Below are positions 10,023-19,477 of a stretch of 32,000 nucleotides of DNA, piece by piece. The notes under the pieces were generated by a model that was given only the letters and a program-made list of their open reading frames with translations, searched no databases and was not told the origin of the DNA. A program made the position numbers and the translations under genes. Source of the DNA: Bacillus phage vB_BsuM-Goe26; the sequence record OM728296.1; one strand, given 5' to 3'. Position 1 is the stretch's first letter, and every line of letters starts with the position of its first letter.

Positions 10023-11027
10023 ATGTTTGTAGACTACGTTGTTGGGTTTCTGGGTGATCCTAGATGGAACCTCGCGGAAACCGAAGCCCAATGGTGTTGT
10101 CCCTTCTGTACCGATACGCGGTACAGATTCCGAATAAACGCGGACACCTTACAAGCTTACTGTTTTAACTGTCAATGGAAAGGAAACGCAGTAAAATTCG
10201 TTGCCGACTACCAAAAACTAAATTTTCACGAGGCTCTCGACATTGTTAATTTTTATCAAGACTTCCGACCTCTTCCTGAGGATATTTATGAAGAGGTTTT
10301 TGATAAACTGTACGACGTAGAGTATGAGCCCGAGAAAACGTATATAAGCTTGCCAGAGGACTTTAAGAGGTTGGATGATACTAAGTCTTATATGGCTAAA
10401 AGATACTTTAAATACGCCTATAAACGCGGTTTAACAGATAAACAAATATCTATTCACGGAGCTGGTTTTTGTCCGGAGGGTAAGATTGTAACAAAAACAA
10501 AGTCAGGGGAAGAAAAGCAGTCCTTTTTGAGAAACCGACTAATATTACAAGCTTACAACGATGAAGGTGAACCTATTTATTGGAATGCGAGAGCAATCCT
10601 TGATAATATAGTCCCTAAATCGTACAACCCTACCGGAGGTATCCGGACGATAAACAAATCTGACGTCATATTTAACTTCAATAACGCCAAGAAAAAGGGA
10701 GCTTGTGTGATTACAGAGGGGATATTTGATGCTACAACTGTAGGTAGTCTAGGCGTAAGTATATTCGGGAAGACGCTTTCAACTAAACAGCTGTTACAAT
10801 TAGTTCAAGCGGACTTGGAAGCTGTTTACATAATGCTTGACCCGGATGCGTTAGAAGATGCTATAAAAATGGCTACCATGGTTAGTAAGCATATCTCTAA
10901 CACGTATATCTGCTATCTAAAAGGCGGAGACCCCAACGAGGTTGGAAGAAAAGGTTGTTTGAGAGCGATCAAAGAAGCAGAGAAGTTTGATAACTACACT
11001 GCTATAAAATATAAATTTTTACACTAA
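10023..11027 (+). CDS. DnaG-type DNA primase (Zn-finger plus Toprim)
   Basis: 'WCCPFCTDTRYRFRINADTLQAYCFNCQWKGNAVKFV' zinc-binding domain; Toprim 'ACVITEGIFDATTVGSLGV' and 'AVYIMLDPDAL'. Confidence 0.9.
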   Translation: MFVDYVVGFLGDPRWNLAETEAQWCCPFCTDTRYRFRINADTLQAYCFNCQWKGNAVKFVADYQKLNFHEALDIVNFYQDFRPLPEDIYEEVFDKLYDVEYEPEKTYISLPEDFKRLDDTKSYMAKRYFKYAYKRGLTDKQISIHGAGFCPEGKIVTKTKSGEEKQSFLRNRLILQAYNDEGEPIYWNARAILDNIVPKSYNPTGGIRTINKSDVIFNFNNAKKKGACVITEGIFDATTVGSLGVSIFGKTLSTKQLLQLVQADLEAVYIMLDPDALEDAIKMATMVSKHISNTYICYLKGGDPNEVGRKGCLRAIKEAEKFDNYTAIKYKFLH

Positions 11028-11040
11028 GGAGATGTTAATT

Positions 11041-11652
11041 ATGGGTTCAATTAAAATTGGACATAATGGCGGAGTTTTGACTACTGGTTCTGAGGGAGTT
11101 GCACTAGCTAGTACTGAGGATGTTAGACAACTTCGTAAGGAGATCGACGAGATTAGACAGAGTCTAAAAGAACCTGAGGTGTTTTATTACAGTGAGCTAG
11201 ATGGAGTTGAGTTAAAGTATAGTAAAGAGGGAGACGCTGGTATTAATATACCTATCTATGACGAGCGGTTTACAAATGGGGAGCTTAGCACTACTGGTGA
11301 GTATGTGTTACAACCGGGTCAAAAATTGACTGTAAAAACTGGTGTTTATCTTGGGGTTCCTCAAGGTTGGTATGCGATGGTTGATACACGTAGTAGTACG
11401 TCTAAAGTAGCTTTAGACTTGCTTTGTCGTACCGTTGACAGCCCGTATCGAGGTAACGTTAGACTAGCTCTTATTAACCTTAACAGTGAACCAGTGGTGT
11501 TGAAAAATGGGTCAGAAATCTGTCAACTTGTCATAAAAAGACACGCGACGGCTAAACTAACGAAGTGTACAACTATTGAAGAAATGACCAAACTTGCTGG
11601 CGAGACATCTCGCGGAGCTGCTGGATTTGGATCAACTGGAGGAGGTTATTAA
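11041..11652 (+). CDS. dut: dUTPase (dUTP diphosphatase)
   Basis: 'DAGINIPIYD', 'DTRSSTSKVALDLL', 'TVDSPYRGNVRLALIN', 'GSEICQLVI', 'RGAAGFGSTGGGY'. ATG 11041 has AAGGAG spacing better than ATG 11032. Confidence 0.88.
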   Translation: MGSIKIGHNGGVLTTGSEGVALASTEDVRQLRKEIDEIRQSLKEPEVFYYSELDGVELKYSKEGDAGINIPIYDERFTNGELSTTGEYVLQPGQKLTVKTGVYLGVPQGWYAMVDTRSSTSKVALDLLCRTVDSPYRGNVRLALINLNSEPVVLKNGSEICQLVIKRHATAKLTKCTTIEEMTKLAGETSRGAAGFGSTGGGY

Positions 11653-11653
11653 T

Positions 11654-11989
11654 ATGAGTAAAACAAACAAGAACACTGAGAAGAAACAACGTAGGATGGA
11701 AAGAGAATTTAGTAAAGTCGCTACACGAGGAGAAGCTTTTGATATAGCAAAAGAGGTTTCAGCGGGAATCTTAAGAGGTGCATACAATGAATTAAGTGTT
11801 CCGTTGAGACAAAGTTTATTATCAGTTCTTGCTATTTCCGATGTTTTAATGTCAAAGGGGCTTGTAACGAAAGAAGAGCTTGACGAGGCTATTACAAAAC
11901 AAGCTGAACTTGTCTCAACCCCTGAAACATTAAACGATGCGGGTGATGAAGATGACGGAAGTGAAAAAGAGGAAGAACTCAAGAGCTAA
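11654..11989 (+). CDS. Hypothetical protein
   Basis: GGAGG then ATG at 11654 (track start 11594 lies inside the dUTPase gene). Confidence 0.6.
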   Translation: MSKTNKNTEKKQRRMEREFSKVATRGEAFDIAKEVSAGILRGAYNELSVPLRQSLLSVLAISDVLMSKGLVTKEELDEAITKQAELVSTPETLNDAGDEDDGSEKEEELKS

Positions 11990-12494
11990 AGGAGCATCAT
12001 TTGAGCGTAAAATTGCGAAAGACCTTACTACTTGGTGGGGTGACTCGTTTACTAAGACGCCAAGCAGCGGAGGACTACGTTGGGGACAAGATCACCGCGT
12101 AACAGGAGATATTGTACCATCTGAAGACGCAAAAGACTTCCCTTTTGTAGTTGAATGTAAAAAGAGGGAGAACTGGGATTTTGAGCAGATCATAAAAGGT
12201 ACGGGGGAAGTACCTAGTTGGTGGGAACAAGCTTACAACGATAACTTACGACTAGGTGACCATAAAAAGACACCAATTCTTATCTTTTCGAAAAACCGTT
12301 CTCCAGTTTACTTTATGGTACTTAAGACTGTACAAGAGCTCTTAAAACTGGATTCTGTAGACTACTTTGAAACGACAATTGCCTTCAAAGATTTACAGAA
12401 TGGTACTGACTTGGAAAGAAAAGTTTACATTGGTCTCCTTGGAGATTTAATGAAACTTGAAAGGAGTTATGTTGTTTCTTCGTTAAGCTTTTGA
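11952..12494 (+). CDS. Holliday junction resolvase-like / PD-(D/E)XK endonuclease
   Basis: 'RAKGASFERKIAKDLTTWW…SSGGLRWGQDHRVTGDIVPSEDAKDFPFVVECKKRENW' matches the E…D…ExK pattern; flanked by dut and nrd genes as in related phages. Start uncertain (ATG 11937, ATG 11952 or GTG 11961). Confidence 0.7.
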   Translation: MTEVKKRKNSRAKGASFERKIAKDLTTWWGDSFTKTPSSGGLRWGQDHRVTGDIVPSEDAKDFPFVVECKKRENWDFEQIIKGTGEVPSWWEQAYNDNLRLGDHKKTPILIFSKNRSPVYFMVLKTVQELLKLDSVDYFETTIAFKDLQNGTDLERKVYIGLLGDLMKLERSYVVSSLSF

Positions 12495-12508
12495 TTCAGC
12501 TTACACTT

Positions 12509-12548
12509 GGGTTGGGAGATGCTTGATTATCTCCTGACCCTAATTTTT
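12509..12548 (+). terminator. Rho-independent terminator
   Basis: GGGT-TG-GGAGAT…ATCTCC-TG-ACCC then TAATTTTTTA. Confidence 0.8.
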
Positions 12549-12641
12549 TATACTCTAAAATCTTTAACTCGAATGATTAACATTTTTATTTACTGCGTAA
12601 GAAACTAACGTGCGGTTAAATTTACCGGGAGGTTGTTTATA

Positions 12642-13010
12642 TTGTTGGTTGTTTATGATTCAAAAACGGGAAACGTTGAAAGATTTGTTAAAAAGTTACC
12701 TACGACTGTAGTAAAAGTATCAGATGACCTTGTGGTTAATGAGCCTTTTGTTATAGTGACCTATACTACCGGGTTCGGTAACACGCCAGAGAGTACAATC
12801 AGATTCTTAGAGCGTAACAAAACGTTTTTAAGAGGTGTATCTTCAAGCGGAAACCGTGTTTGGGGAGTAAACTTTGCAAAATCAGCCTTTTATATAGCGA
12901 AGTGCTTTGATGTTCCGATAATAAACCAATTTGAACTCTCGGGAACTACAACTGACGTCGAAGAATTTCTTACAGCATTAGAGAGACTTGAAAGGGGAGA
13001 TTTACGTTGA
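12642..13010 (+). CDS. nrdI: NrdI flavodoxin-like protein
   Basis: 'LLVVYDSKTGNVERFVKKL', 'VIVTYTTGFGNTPESTIRFLE', 'GVNFAKSAFYIAKCFDVPIINQFELSGTTTDVEEF'. TTG 12642 is 9 nt after GGGAGG. Confidence 0.85.
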   Translation: MLVVYDSKTGNVERFVKKLPTTVVKVSDDLVVNEPFVIVTYTTGFGNTPESTIRFLERNKTFLRGVSSSGNRVWGVNFAKSAFYIAKCFDVPIINQFELSGTTTDVEEFLTALERLERGDLR

Positions 13011-15109
13011 CTGAAAATAACGTACCGTCTTGGGTAAGACTTAACAACGAAGTAATGCTAAGGAAAAATGGAGTACTTCAATTTGAGAAAGATGAAGAAG
13101 CGGTAAGAAGCTACTTTGTTGATCATATAAATAAAAATACTGTGTTCTTTCACGACCTCACAGAAAAGCTAGAATATCTGCTGGAGAATGATTACTACGA
13201 AGAAGAGGTGCTAAGTCAATACTCAGAGGAAGAGCTTGAACGCGTCTATAAGGCAGCGTATGATAAAGAGTTCCGTTTCCCATCTTTTATGAGTGCGTTT
13301 AAGTTCTACAACGACTACGCTCTTAAAACGAATGATAAAAAACGCATCTTAGAACGGTACGAAGACCGTGTTGTAATTGTAGCTCTTTTCTTTGGAGACG
13401 GGGATGTTGAAAAGGCGTTAGCCTTTGTAGACACTATGATGAATCAAGAGTTTCAACCTGCTACTCCTACGTTTTTAAACGCGGGACGTAAACGTAGAGG
13501 AGAGCTTGTAAGCTGTTTCTTACTAGAAGTTGGAGACTCTCTGAACGACATTGCTATGGCGGTCGAGACTGCTATGCAACTGTCAAAAGTAGGCGGAGGC
13601 GTATCATTAAACCTTTCGAAAATCCGTTCTCAAGGAGAGGCTATCAAAGAGATCAAGGGAGCTGCTAAAGGCGTTGTGGGGGTTATGAAACTTCTTGATA
13701 ATGCCTTCCGTTATGCAGACCAGATGGGACAAAGGCAAGGTTCTGGTAGCGCGTATTTAAATATTTTTCACGCTGATATTAATGAGTTCCTCGATACGAA
13801 GAAAATTTCTGCTGACGAGGACGTGCGCGCTAAAACTTTGTCTATCGGTGTCGTAATTCCGGACAAGTTTATTGAACTCGCCCGGGAAGGTAAAGACGCG
13901 TATATTTTCCACCCAAGAACTGTGTATAAAGCTTATGGGGAACACCTAGACGAGTTAGACATTAACGAGAAATATGATGAGCTTGTAAACAACGAGTTAG
14001 TCGAGAAAAAACGAATAAATCCGCGTAAGCTACTAGAAAAACTTGCTGTACTTCGTATGGAGTCTGGATACCCGTATATTATGTTCCAAGATAACGTAAA
14101 TAAAGTACACGCGTTAAACCCTGTTAGTAAAGTTAAGTTCTCAAACTTATGTTCTGAGGTGTTACAAGCCTCTAAAGTATCTGAGTACACTGACTATGGT
14201 AAAGAAGACAATATCGGTCTCGATATTTCTTGTAACCTTGGATCTATTAATATTAAGAACGTCATGTCTAACAATTCTATTGAAAAAACAGTTAAGCTGG
14301 CTGTGGAAGCTCTGACTAAGGTTTCTCGTTCTACGAGCATAACAAACGCTCCGGCAGTAAAACGTGCTAATGAACTTATGAAGTCCATAGGACTAGGCGC
14401 TCTTAACCTACATGGATACCTCGCGCATGTCGGTATCTCTTATGAAAGTAAGGAAGCAATAGACTTTGTAAACGTGTTTTTCTCTTTAGTTAACTATTGG
14501 TCATTAGTTAAGTCAAACGAGATCGCTGAAGAAACAGGAGAAACATTCGAAGGATTTGAGAAATCAACTTACGCCTCTGGAGAATACTTTGGTATGTACC
14601 TTACTGAGGACTTTACGCCTGTTACAGAAAAGGTGAAGGAGCTCTTTGCTGATACTTGGATTCCTAGTAGAAAAGACTGGGAGACCCTGAGAGACCGTGT
14701 AAAGAAAACTGGGTTGTTCCACTCCTATAGGCTAGCTATTGCGCCTACTGGTTCGATTTCTTATGTGCAGTCCGCAACGGCTTCTGTTATGCCTATTATG
14801 GAACGTGTTGAAGAGAGAACTTATGGAAACAGTAAAACTTATTATCCAATGCCGGGGTTGTCTCCTCAAAATTGGTTCTTCTATAAAGAGGCATACGACA
14901 TGGATATGTTTAAGGTTGTTGATCTTATTGCGACTATTCAGAGACACGTGGACCAAGGAATTAGTTTTACGCTATTTCTGAACGATCAGATGACTACGCG
15001 GGATATTAACCGGATTGACCTTTATGCCCATCATAAAGGGATAAAAACCCTTTATTATGCTCGTACAAAAGACACTGGACAAGAAAGTTGTCTCTCTTGC
15101 GTAGTATGA
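13007..15109 (+). CDS. nrdE: Class Ib ribonucleotide reductase large subunit
   Basis: 'TPTFLNAGRKRRGELVSCFLLEVGDSL', 'GGGVSLNLSKIRS', 'NLCSEVLQ', 'LGSINI', C-terminal redox 'ESCLSCVV'; TTG start overlaps the nrdI stop. Confidence 0.93.
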   Translation: MTENNVPSWVRLNNEVMLRKNGVLQFEKDEEAVRSYFVDHINKNTVFFHDLTEKLEYLLENDYYEEEVLSQYSEEELERVYKAAYDKEFRFPSFMSAFKFYNDYALKTNDKKRILERYEDRVVIVALFFGDGDVEKALAFVDTMMNQEFQPATPTFLNAGRKRRGELVSCFLLEVGDSLNDIAMAVETAMQLSKVGGGVSLNLSKIRSQGEAIKEIKGAAKGVVGVMKLLDNAFRYADQMGQRQGSGSAYLNIFHADINEFLDTKKISADEDVRAKTLSIGVVIPDKFIELAREGKDAYIFHPRTVYKAYGEHLDELDINEKYDELVNNELVEKKRINPRKLLEKLAVLRMESGYPYIMFQDNVNKVHALNPVSKVKFSNLCSEVLQASKVSEYTDYGKEDNIGLDISCNLGSINIKNVMSNNSIEKTVKLAVEALTKVSRSTSITNAPAVKRANELMKSIGLGALNLHGYLAHVGISYESKEAIDFVNVFFSLVNYWSLVKSNEIAEETGETFEGFEKSTYASGEYFGMYLTEDFTPVTEKVKELFADTWIPSRKDWETLRDRVKKTGLFHSYRLAIAPTGSISYVQSATASVMPIMERVEERTYGNSKTYYPMPGLSPQNWFFYKEAYDMDMFKVVDLIATIQRHVDQGISFTLFLNDQMTTRDINRIDLYAHHKGIKTLYYARTKDTGQESCLSCVV

Positions 15110-15219
15110 GCCCGTTTAAAAGAATGATAGAACGTGTTGAGGACTAACAAGGAGGAGTTCTTTAGGAGCTCCTTAAAACTAACGAACAGAAACGACAAGA
15201 GCGTGAGGAGGCTTTTAAA

Positions 15220-16209
15220 ATGAGTGTTGAGAAAGAATATACAGCAGCTGACTGGTCAGCCCACGAAGATGAGTTTACTCAGATGTTTTATAATCAAAAT
15301 GTGAAACAGTTTTGGCTCCCGGAAGAGATTTCTTTAAATGGTGATTTGTTAACTTGGAAGTATCTCGGTAAAAACGAGCAAGACACTTATATGAAAGTAC
15401 TCGCAGGGTTAACTCTCCTTGACACGGAGCAAGGGAATACCGGGATGCCTATCATTCAATCCCATGTAGCGGGACATCAAAGAAAAGCTGTTCTAAACTT
15501 TATGGCGATGATGGAAAACGCTGTACACGCGAAGTCATATTCTAACATCTTTATGACACTCGCTCCTACGGAGACCATAAAGGAAGTATTCAATTGGGTT
15601 AAGACAAACCCCTACTTACAGAAGAAAGCGAAAACAATTGTAGGACTCTATGAGAATATTAAGTCCGGTGACGAGTTATCGCTTTACAAGGCCATGGTTG
15701 CCTCAGTATACTTGGAAAGCTTTCTATTTTATAGCGGCTTCTATTATCCGTTGTATTTCTACGGACAAGGCAAGCTAATGCAAAGTGGAGAGATTATTAA
15801 CCTTATTATAAGAGACGAAGCGATACATGGTGTATACGTAGGATTGCTAGCGCAAGAGATTTTCAATAAACAAACGGATGACACTAAACTTGAACTTAAG
15901 ACATTTGCTATGAATCTACTTGAAGAACTATATCAAAACGAGGTAGGATATACTGAAGACCTCTACGCGAGCGTTGGTTTAGCACACGACGTTAAAAAGT
16001 TTATTCGATATAATGCAGATAAAGCCTTAATGAACTTAGGATTCGAACCGATCTATAACGAAGAAGACATTAACCCAATTGTTCTTAATGGACTTGATAC
16101 AAAGACAAAGTCTCACGACTTCTTTTCTATGAAAGGGAACGGGTATAAGAAAGCGAACGTGGAAGAGCTCCGCGATTCTGATTTCTATTTTAAGGATAAC
16201 GAAAATTAA
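15220..16209 (+). CDS. nrdF: Class Ib ribonucleotide reductase small subunit
   Basis: '[16 protein letters not shown]', '[16 protein letters not shown]', '[17 protein letters not shown]'; strong SD GAGGAGG. Confidence 0.93.
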   Translation: MSVEKEYTAADWSAHEDEFTQMFYNQNVKQFWLPEEISLNGDLLTWKYLGKNEQDTYMKVLAGLTLLDTEQGNTGMPIIQSHVAGHQRKAVLNFMAMMENAVHAKSYSNIFMTLAPTETIKEVFNWVKTNPYLQKKAKTIVGLYENIKSGDELSLYKAMVASVYLESFLFYSGFYYPLYFYGQGKLMQSGEIINLIIRDEAIHGVYVGLLAQEIFNKQTDDTKLELKTFAMNLLEELYQNEVGYTEDLYASVGLAHDVKKFIRYNADKALMNLGFEPIYNEEDINPIVLNGLDTKTKSHDFFSMKGNGYKKANVEELRDSDFYFKDNEN

Positions 16210-16284
16210 GCTAACTTTAAATTAACAATAATCAAAGTTTAAGCTGTTGTTTATTGAACTTTAATTGATTGTTAAGCGAAATTT

Positions 16285-16319
16285 AAGGGACAAGTCACTT
16301 GCTTGTCCCTTTATTTTTT
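16285..16319 (+). terminator. Rho-independent terminator
   Basis: AAGGGACAAG (16285-16294) TCACTTG CTTGTCCCTT (16302-16311) then T-rich tail. Confidence 0.88.
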
Positions 16320-16425
16320 AAATATTTTTGAAATAGAGGTTGTCTTTTTGTCATCTTTAGCTTATACTAGGAGATGTCGAAAGAAGCTGGACTCACTTAA
16401 CTGGTGAACTTTTTGAAAAAAGTTG

Positions 16426-16454
16426 TTGTATTTTTAAATTATACATAGTATAAT
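16426..16454 (+). promoter_or_regulatory. Sigma-A-like promoter
   Basis: TTGTAT, 17-nt spacer, perfect TATAAT (16449-16454), just after a terminator and before the 16524 gene. Confidence 0.6.
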
Positions 16455-16523
16455 TTAACTTGTAAGGAAAACCACTAGACAACAGTCTAAATCAAATCGA
16501 GTTATAAAAGGAGAGATTTGACA

Positions 16524-17180
16524 ATGAAAACAGTATTTGTACTTAAAGACGAGAAATTGAAATTCCCAAGTATGCTACAAGTAGCGAAACACCTCGGAAA
16601 AAGTCGAATTTACCGCAAAGACTTTGAACGCTTCAACATCGAGGAGATGACAGAGGAAGAATTTGAGACGTTCCTTGCTACGGAAGACAAGGACGAGCTC
16701 TCTGAAACTGTCGAGGTTGAGGAAGTAGCGGAGGAGATTGTCGAATCCTCTGTAACGGAATCTATCGAAGAGGTTGAGTCGAAAAACGACGAAACTCCAG
16801 AAAACGCCAACGAAGATGTTGAAGACATTGAAATCCCGTCCTTTAACGACATAGTTGAATTCTCAGAGGTTATGAAGTCCCTTGGAGGGAAAAAGATTGT
16901 TGCTCTGGCCAAAAAACTGGACTTAGAATGGACGGAGCATGAAAAACTATCTGTTCAAACGATGCGCGCTAGTATAGCGTTACGTAAACACTTCTTTCCT
17001 GGACAGCGTAGACCTAAGAGAAAGAAATCACCTTGGAAAAGAATCCCATATCAAGACCTCAAAAAGCTTGCTTTGGAAAATAATCTTACTTGGACAGAAA
17101 CAGAAGATGAGCGGATCAATCGTATGTGGGTTATTAACGCCTTGAAGCGTGCGGGTGTTGAGGCTCCTCCTAAAAAATAG
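16524..17180 (+). CDS. Hypothetical protein, acidic middle region, possible SAP-like C-terminus
   Basis: AAAGGAGAG then ATG 16524; 'IPYQDLKKLALENNLTWTETEDERINRMWVINALKRAGV' resembles a SAP/HeH-type motif. Confidence 0.65.
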   Translation: MKTVFVLKDEKLKFPSMLQVAKHLGKSRIYRKDFERFNIEEMTEEEFETFLATEDKDELSETVEVEEVAEEIVESSVTESIEEVESKNDETPENANEDVEDIEIPSFNDIVEFSEVMKSLGGKKIVALAKKLDLEWTEHEKLSVQTMRASIALRKHFFPGQRRPKRKKSPWKRIPYQDLKKLALENNLTWTETEDERINRMWVINALKRAGVEAPPKK

Positions 17181-17260
17181 ACATAAAAGGGAGTAAAGAT
17201 TGAAAAGTTGGTCTTTGTTTAAAAAGTAAGAGTATATTTTAAAATTGGAGGAATCTTGTT

Positions 17261-17470
17261 ATGGCTTGGCAAAACGAAACAACAATATACTTAATTATGT
17301 GGAAGAGTTCGGTGACGGGAGCGACTCTTTCCGACATCAAGAAGTCTAAGGCGGGGAAAGATAGATTTATAGAGATGCTTGATTTTATAGGTGTTGACAT
17401 GGATACTGTTAAAGTTGTAGAACAAGAAAAACCGTATAAGTACGTGCCGAAAAAGGAGAGAGCAAAATGA
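17261..17470 (+). CDS. Hypothetical protein
   Basis: 69-aa ORF with GGAGG SD; stop overlaps the next start (ATGA). Confidence 0.6.
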   Translation: MAWQNETTIYLIMWKSSVTGATLSDIKKSKAGKDRFIEMLDFIGVDMDTVKVVEQEKPYKYVPKKERAK

Positions 17471-17853
17471 ATAAACAACAGATAGACAAAATCATAATGA
17501 CGCTCTCTCAAGGACAAGCTAAGTATGGATTACACGCGTTAGCGAATGCTATAGCGGGAGAATACGGTGTTTCAGCTAGCGTTATACTTGATATATACAA
17601 CGAGTATGTGGGTCAACCAAAAGTCGAACAACGTCGATTCGAGGACGAAAACCCAATGTCACGATTTGCTAAGGCTGTTGTAGAGGAAATAAGAAATAGC
17701 GAAAACAGAATGGTAACGTTGGAGCAAGAAAATGCTATCCTTCGTAAAGAGCTAAATTTTTATCTTGAAGAAACTCGACGATTAAGAAGGATGGTGGACG
17801 ACCGTGACGATCTTATTCGAGAACGAATTTTCCATAAGGGTTCTAGTCTCTGA
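17467..17853 (+). CDS. Hypothetical coiled-coil protein
   Basis: ATGA-coupled start; C-terminal heptads 'ENRMVTLEQENAILRKELNFYLEETRRLRRMVDDRDDLI'. Confidence 0.65.
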   Translation: MNKQQIDKIIMTLSQGQAKYGLHALANAIAGEYGVSASVILDIYNEYVGQPKVEQRRFEDENPMSRFAKAVVEEIRNSENRMVTLEQENAILRKELNFYLEETRRLRRMVDDRDDLIRERIFHKGSSL

Positions 17854-18034
17854 GGGCTCTCCCTTAGAGCTCGAGCTCACCTACGATACTGGAACGATTG
17901 TGTTAATTAACGGTGATGGGGAGGAAGTCCCGGCTTCCGAACTACTACGAGCTGTTAAAAGGCTTAATAAACTTTTAAATAAAAGACAACGAGAGAACAG
18001 CCTTGATGAGGCGTTCTTTATGGAGGATGAGTGA
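17804..18034 (+). CDS. Hypothetical protein
   Basis: 76-aa ORF, GTG start, overlaps the previous gene by 50 nt; ends 2 nt before the next gene start; SD weak. Confidence 0.45.
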   Translation: MTILFENEFSIRVLVSEGSPLELELTYDTGTIVLINGDGEEVPASELLRAVKRLNKLLNKRQRENSLDEAFFMEDE

Positions 18035-18035
18035 A

Positions 18036-18278
18036 ATGGCGAAAGATTACAACAACTTTAAGATTAAAGAGGACTTGTTGTTTATTGAGAAATCTCCTAC
18101 GCAAGCAATTCGTGTTGCTATCGTAGACAGGGATGGTAAGGACTATGTTTCTTGCCAGAAATGGTGGAGACGCTCTTCAGATGAAGAATGGATTCCGGGA
18201 AAAGGACTACAACTTAACAAGGAGGACACAAAGTCGTTTATCAAAGCGTTAGGCGAAGCTGTAGAGAAACTCAACTAA
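18036..18278 (+). CDS. PC4/YdbC-like transcriptional coactivator-type ssDNA-binding protein
   Basis: GGAGG then ATG 18036; 'KIKEDLLFIEKSPTQAIRVAIVDRDGKDYVSCQKWWRRSSDEEWIPGKGLQLNKEDTKSFIKAL' resembles PC4 fold sequences. Confidence 0.5.
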   Translation: MAKDYNNFKIKEDLLFIEKSPTQAIRVAIVDRDGKDYVSCQKWWRRSSDEEWIPGKGLQLNKEDTKSFIKALGEAVEKLN

Positions 18279-18311
18279 AACTAAATATTTATAAGATGGG
18301 GGTCTATTAAC

Positions 18312-18950
18312 TTGGAAAAAACTTTAACTTGGGATAGCGTGTTGGAGCAATATCAGAATTTGGTGAAATATGCGGCTAAAAAGACATACAACGAAGTAGC
18401 TGCTAATGTTGGTGTTGATAACTCTTTGGGAGCAGATGACCTGTATCAAGTCGGGTTGGTTAATCTTTATGACTGTTGGGTGCGTTATAACCACCTCTCT
18501 GAAGAGGAATTCAAAGCGGTATTCTCAAAGTCTCTCTTCCGTTGTGTTCGGAAACATTGTGCGGCGAGTACAGCGGGGGACATTGAATCTGTTGAATATA
18601 TGCTTGAAGACACTTCTCAAAGTAGTGACATCGACGCATTAGAAGAACAACGGGAGCTCTATGAAGAAATTGAGGAGCTTAAAGACTTGGTTGAGAATGA
18701 CCTAGCTCGTGCGATTATTTCTGAGATTGTTGCTCCATCCCCAAGAACTCTATACACGATATGGGCGAGTAAAGCTAGAAAAAAGTGCTTAAAGGGTCAG
18801 GGTTACAAGGTTAACGTCCCCAAGAAAAACGAACTTACCCTGACTCATATTAAGACCTCATTAGGCGTGACTAGTAAACAATTTGACGTAGCGTTAAGAG
18901 AGATTAGAAGAGTTGCGAAACTTACAATGGGGGATTACTTGCCTTGCTAA
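18312..18950 (+). CDS. Sigma-factor-like protein (region 2-like N-terminus)
   Basis: TTG start; 'GADDLYQVGLVNLYDCWVRYNHLSEEEFKAVFSKSLFRCVRKH' resembles sigma region 2; C-terminal 'LTLTHIKTSLGVTSKQFDVALREIRRVAKL' HTH-like. Confidence 0.6.
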   Translation: MEKTLTWDSVLEQYQNLVKYAAKKTYNEVAANVGVDNSLGADDLYQVGLVNLYDCWVRYNHLSEEEFKAVFSKSLFRCVRKHCAASTAGDIESVEYMLEDTSQSSDIDALEEQRELYEEIEELKDLVENDLARAIISEIVAPSPRTLYTIWASKARKKCLKGQGYKVNVPKKNELTLTHIKTSLGVTSKQFDVALREIRRVAKLTMGDYLPC

Positions 18951-19462
18951 ACGTTAATCCCAAACTCTTACAACAGTTAGAAGAGTCAGCTTGTTTTGGT
19001 CACGCGTATGAAGAGGGTTGTAAAGAATGTGGTCTATGCGAACAACGCATAGAGTGTTCTGCTAAGACAAAAACTAATAGCGTATTTGATGAACTTAAGG
19101 TTTTAAGCCCCGAGTCCAACGAAGCACTGTTGGCTTTCCGAACTAAGCGGAGGAAACGAAAAGATCAAGAAAACGCCTTGTCTAGTGAAGAGTCAGTTGA
19201 GTTGAGTGTAGTAGAGCCAAGTAATGTAGAGGCTAAGAAACCCAAGAAAAAGAAAGCTAGGAAAGAGTCAAGGAAAGAACGAAGAGCGAGGAAGAAAGCA
19301 GAACTTCCTCCTGACTTTCCTAATACAAAAGAGATGTCTTGTGACGATCTATGGAAGTTGTTGGAGGAACGCGGAGGAGAATGTAAAGTATTTGAAGATA
19401 AAAAGATTCAAAAAATGAGGCTTATTATGGCTCTTAAAAAGACATATAACATCGGGAAGTAA
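18944..19462 (+). CDS. Cys-cluster protein with basic linker and SAP-like C-terminus
   Basis: 'CFGHAYEEGCKECGLCEQRIEC' (Zn or Fe-S ligand pattern), K/R-rich middle, C-terminal 'CDDLWKLLEERGGECKVFEDKKIQKMRLIMALKK'. Confidence 0.55.
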   Translation: MLNVNPKLLQQLEESACFGHAYEEGCKECGLCEQRIECSAKTKTNSVFDELKVLSPESNEALLAFRTKRRKRKDQENALSSEESVELSVVEPSNVEAKKPKKKKARKESRKERRARKKAELPPDFPNTKEMSCDDLWKLLEERGGECKVFEDKKIQKMRLIMALKKTYNIGK

Positions 19463-19477
19463 GAAGGGAGAAGTTTG

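Noticed and set aside
12863-12880. GGAGTAAACTTTG copy within nrdI as another promoter
   Set aside because: It encodes the conserved nrdI sequence GVNFAK, so coding constraint explains it; kept only as a caution for the motif claim.
13757-14981. ORFs opposite or out of frame within nrdE (e.g. 13757-13945 -, 13933-14190 -, 14732-14956 -, 14739-14981 +)
   Set aside because: Fully inside a well-conserved gene; no SD or domain signal.
17804-17853. Programmed frameshift joining 17467-17853 and 17804-18034
   Set aside because: No recognisable slippery heptamer or downstream structure; ordinary gene overlap is simpler.
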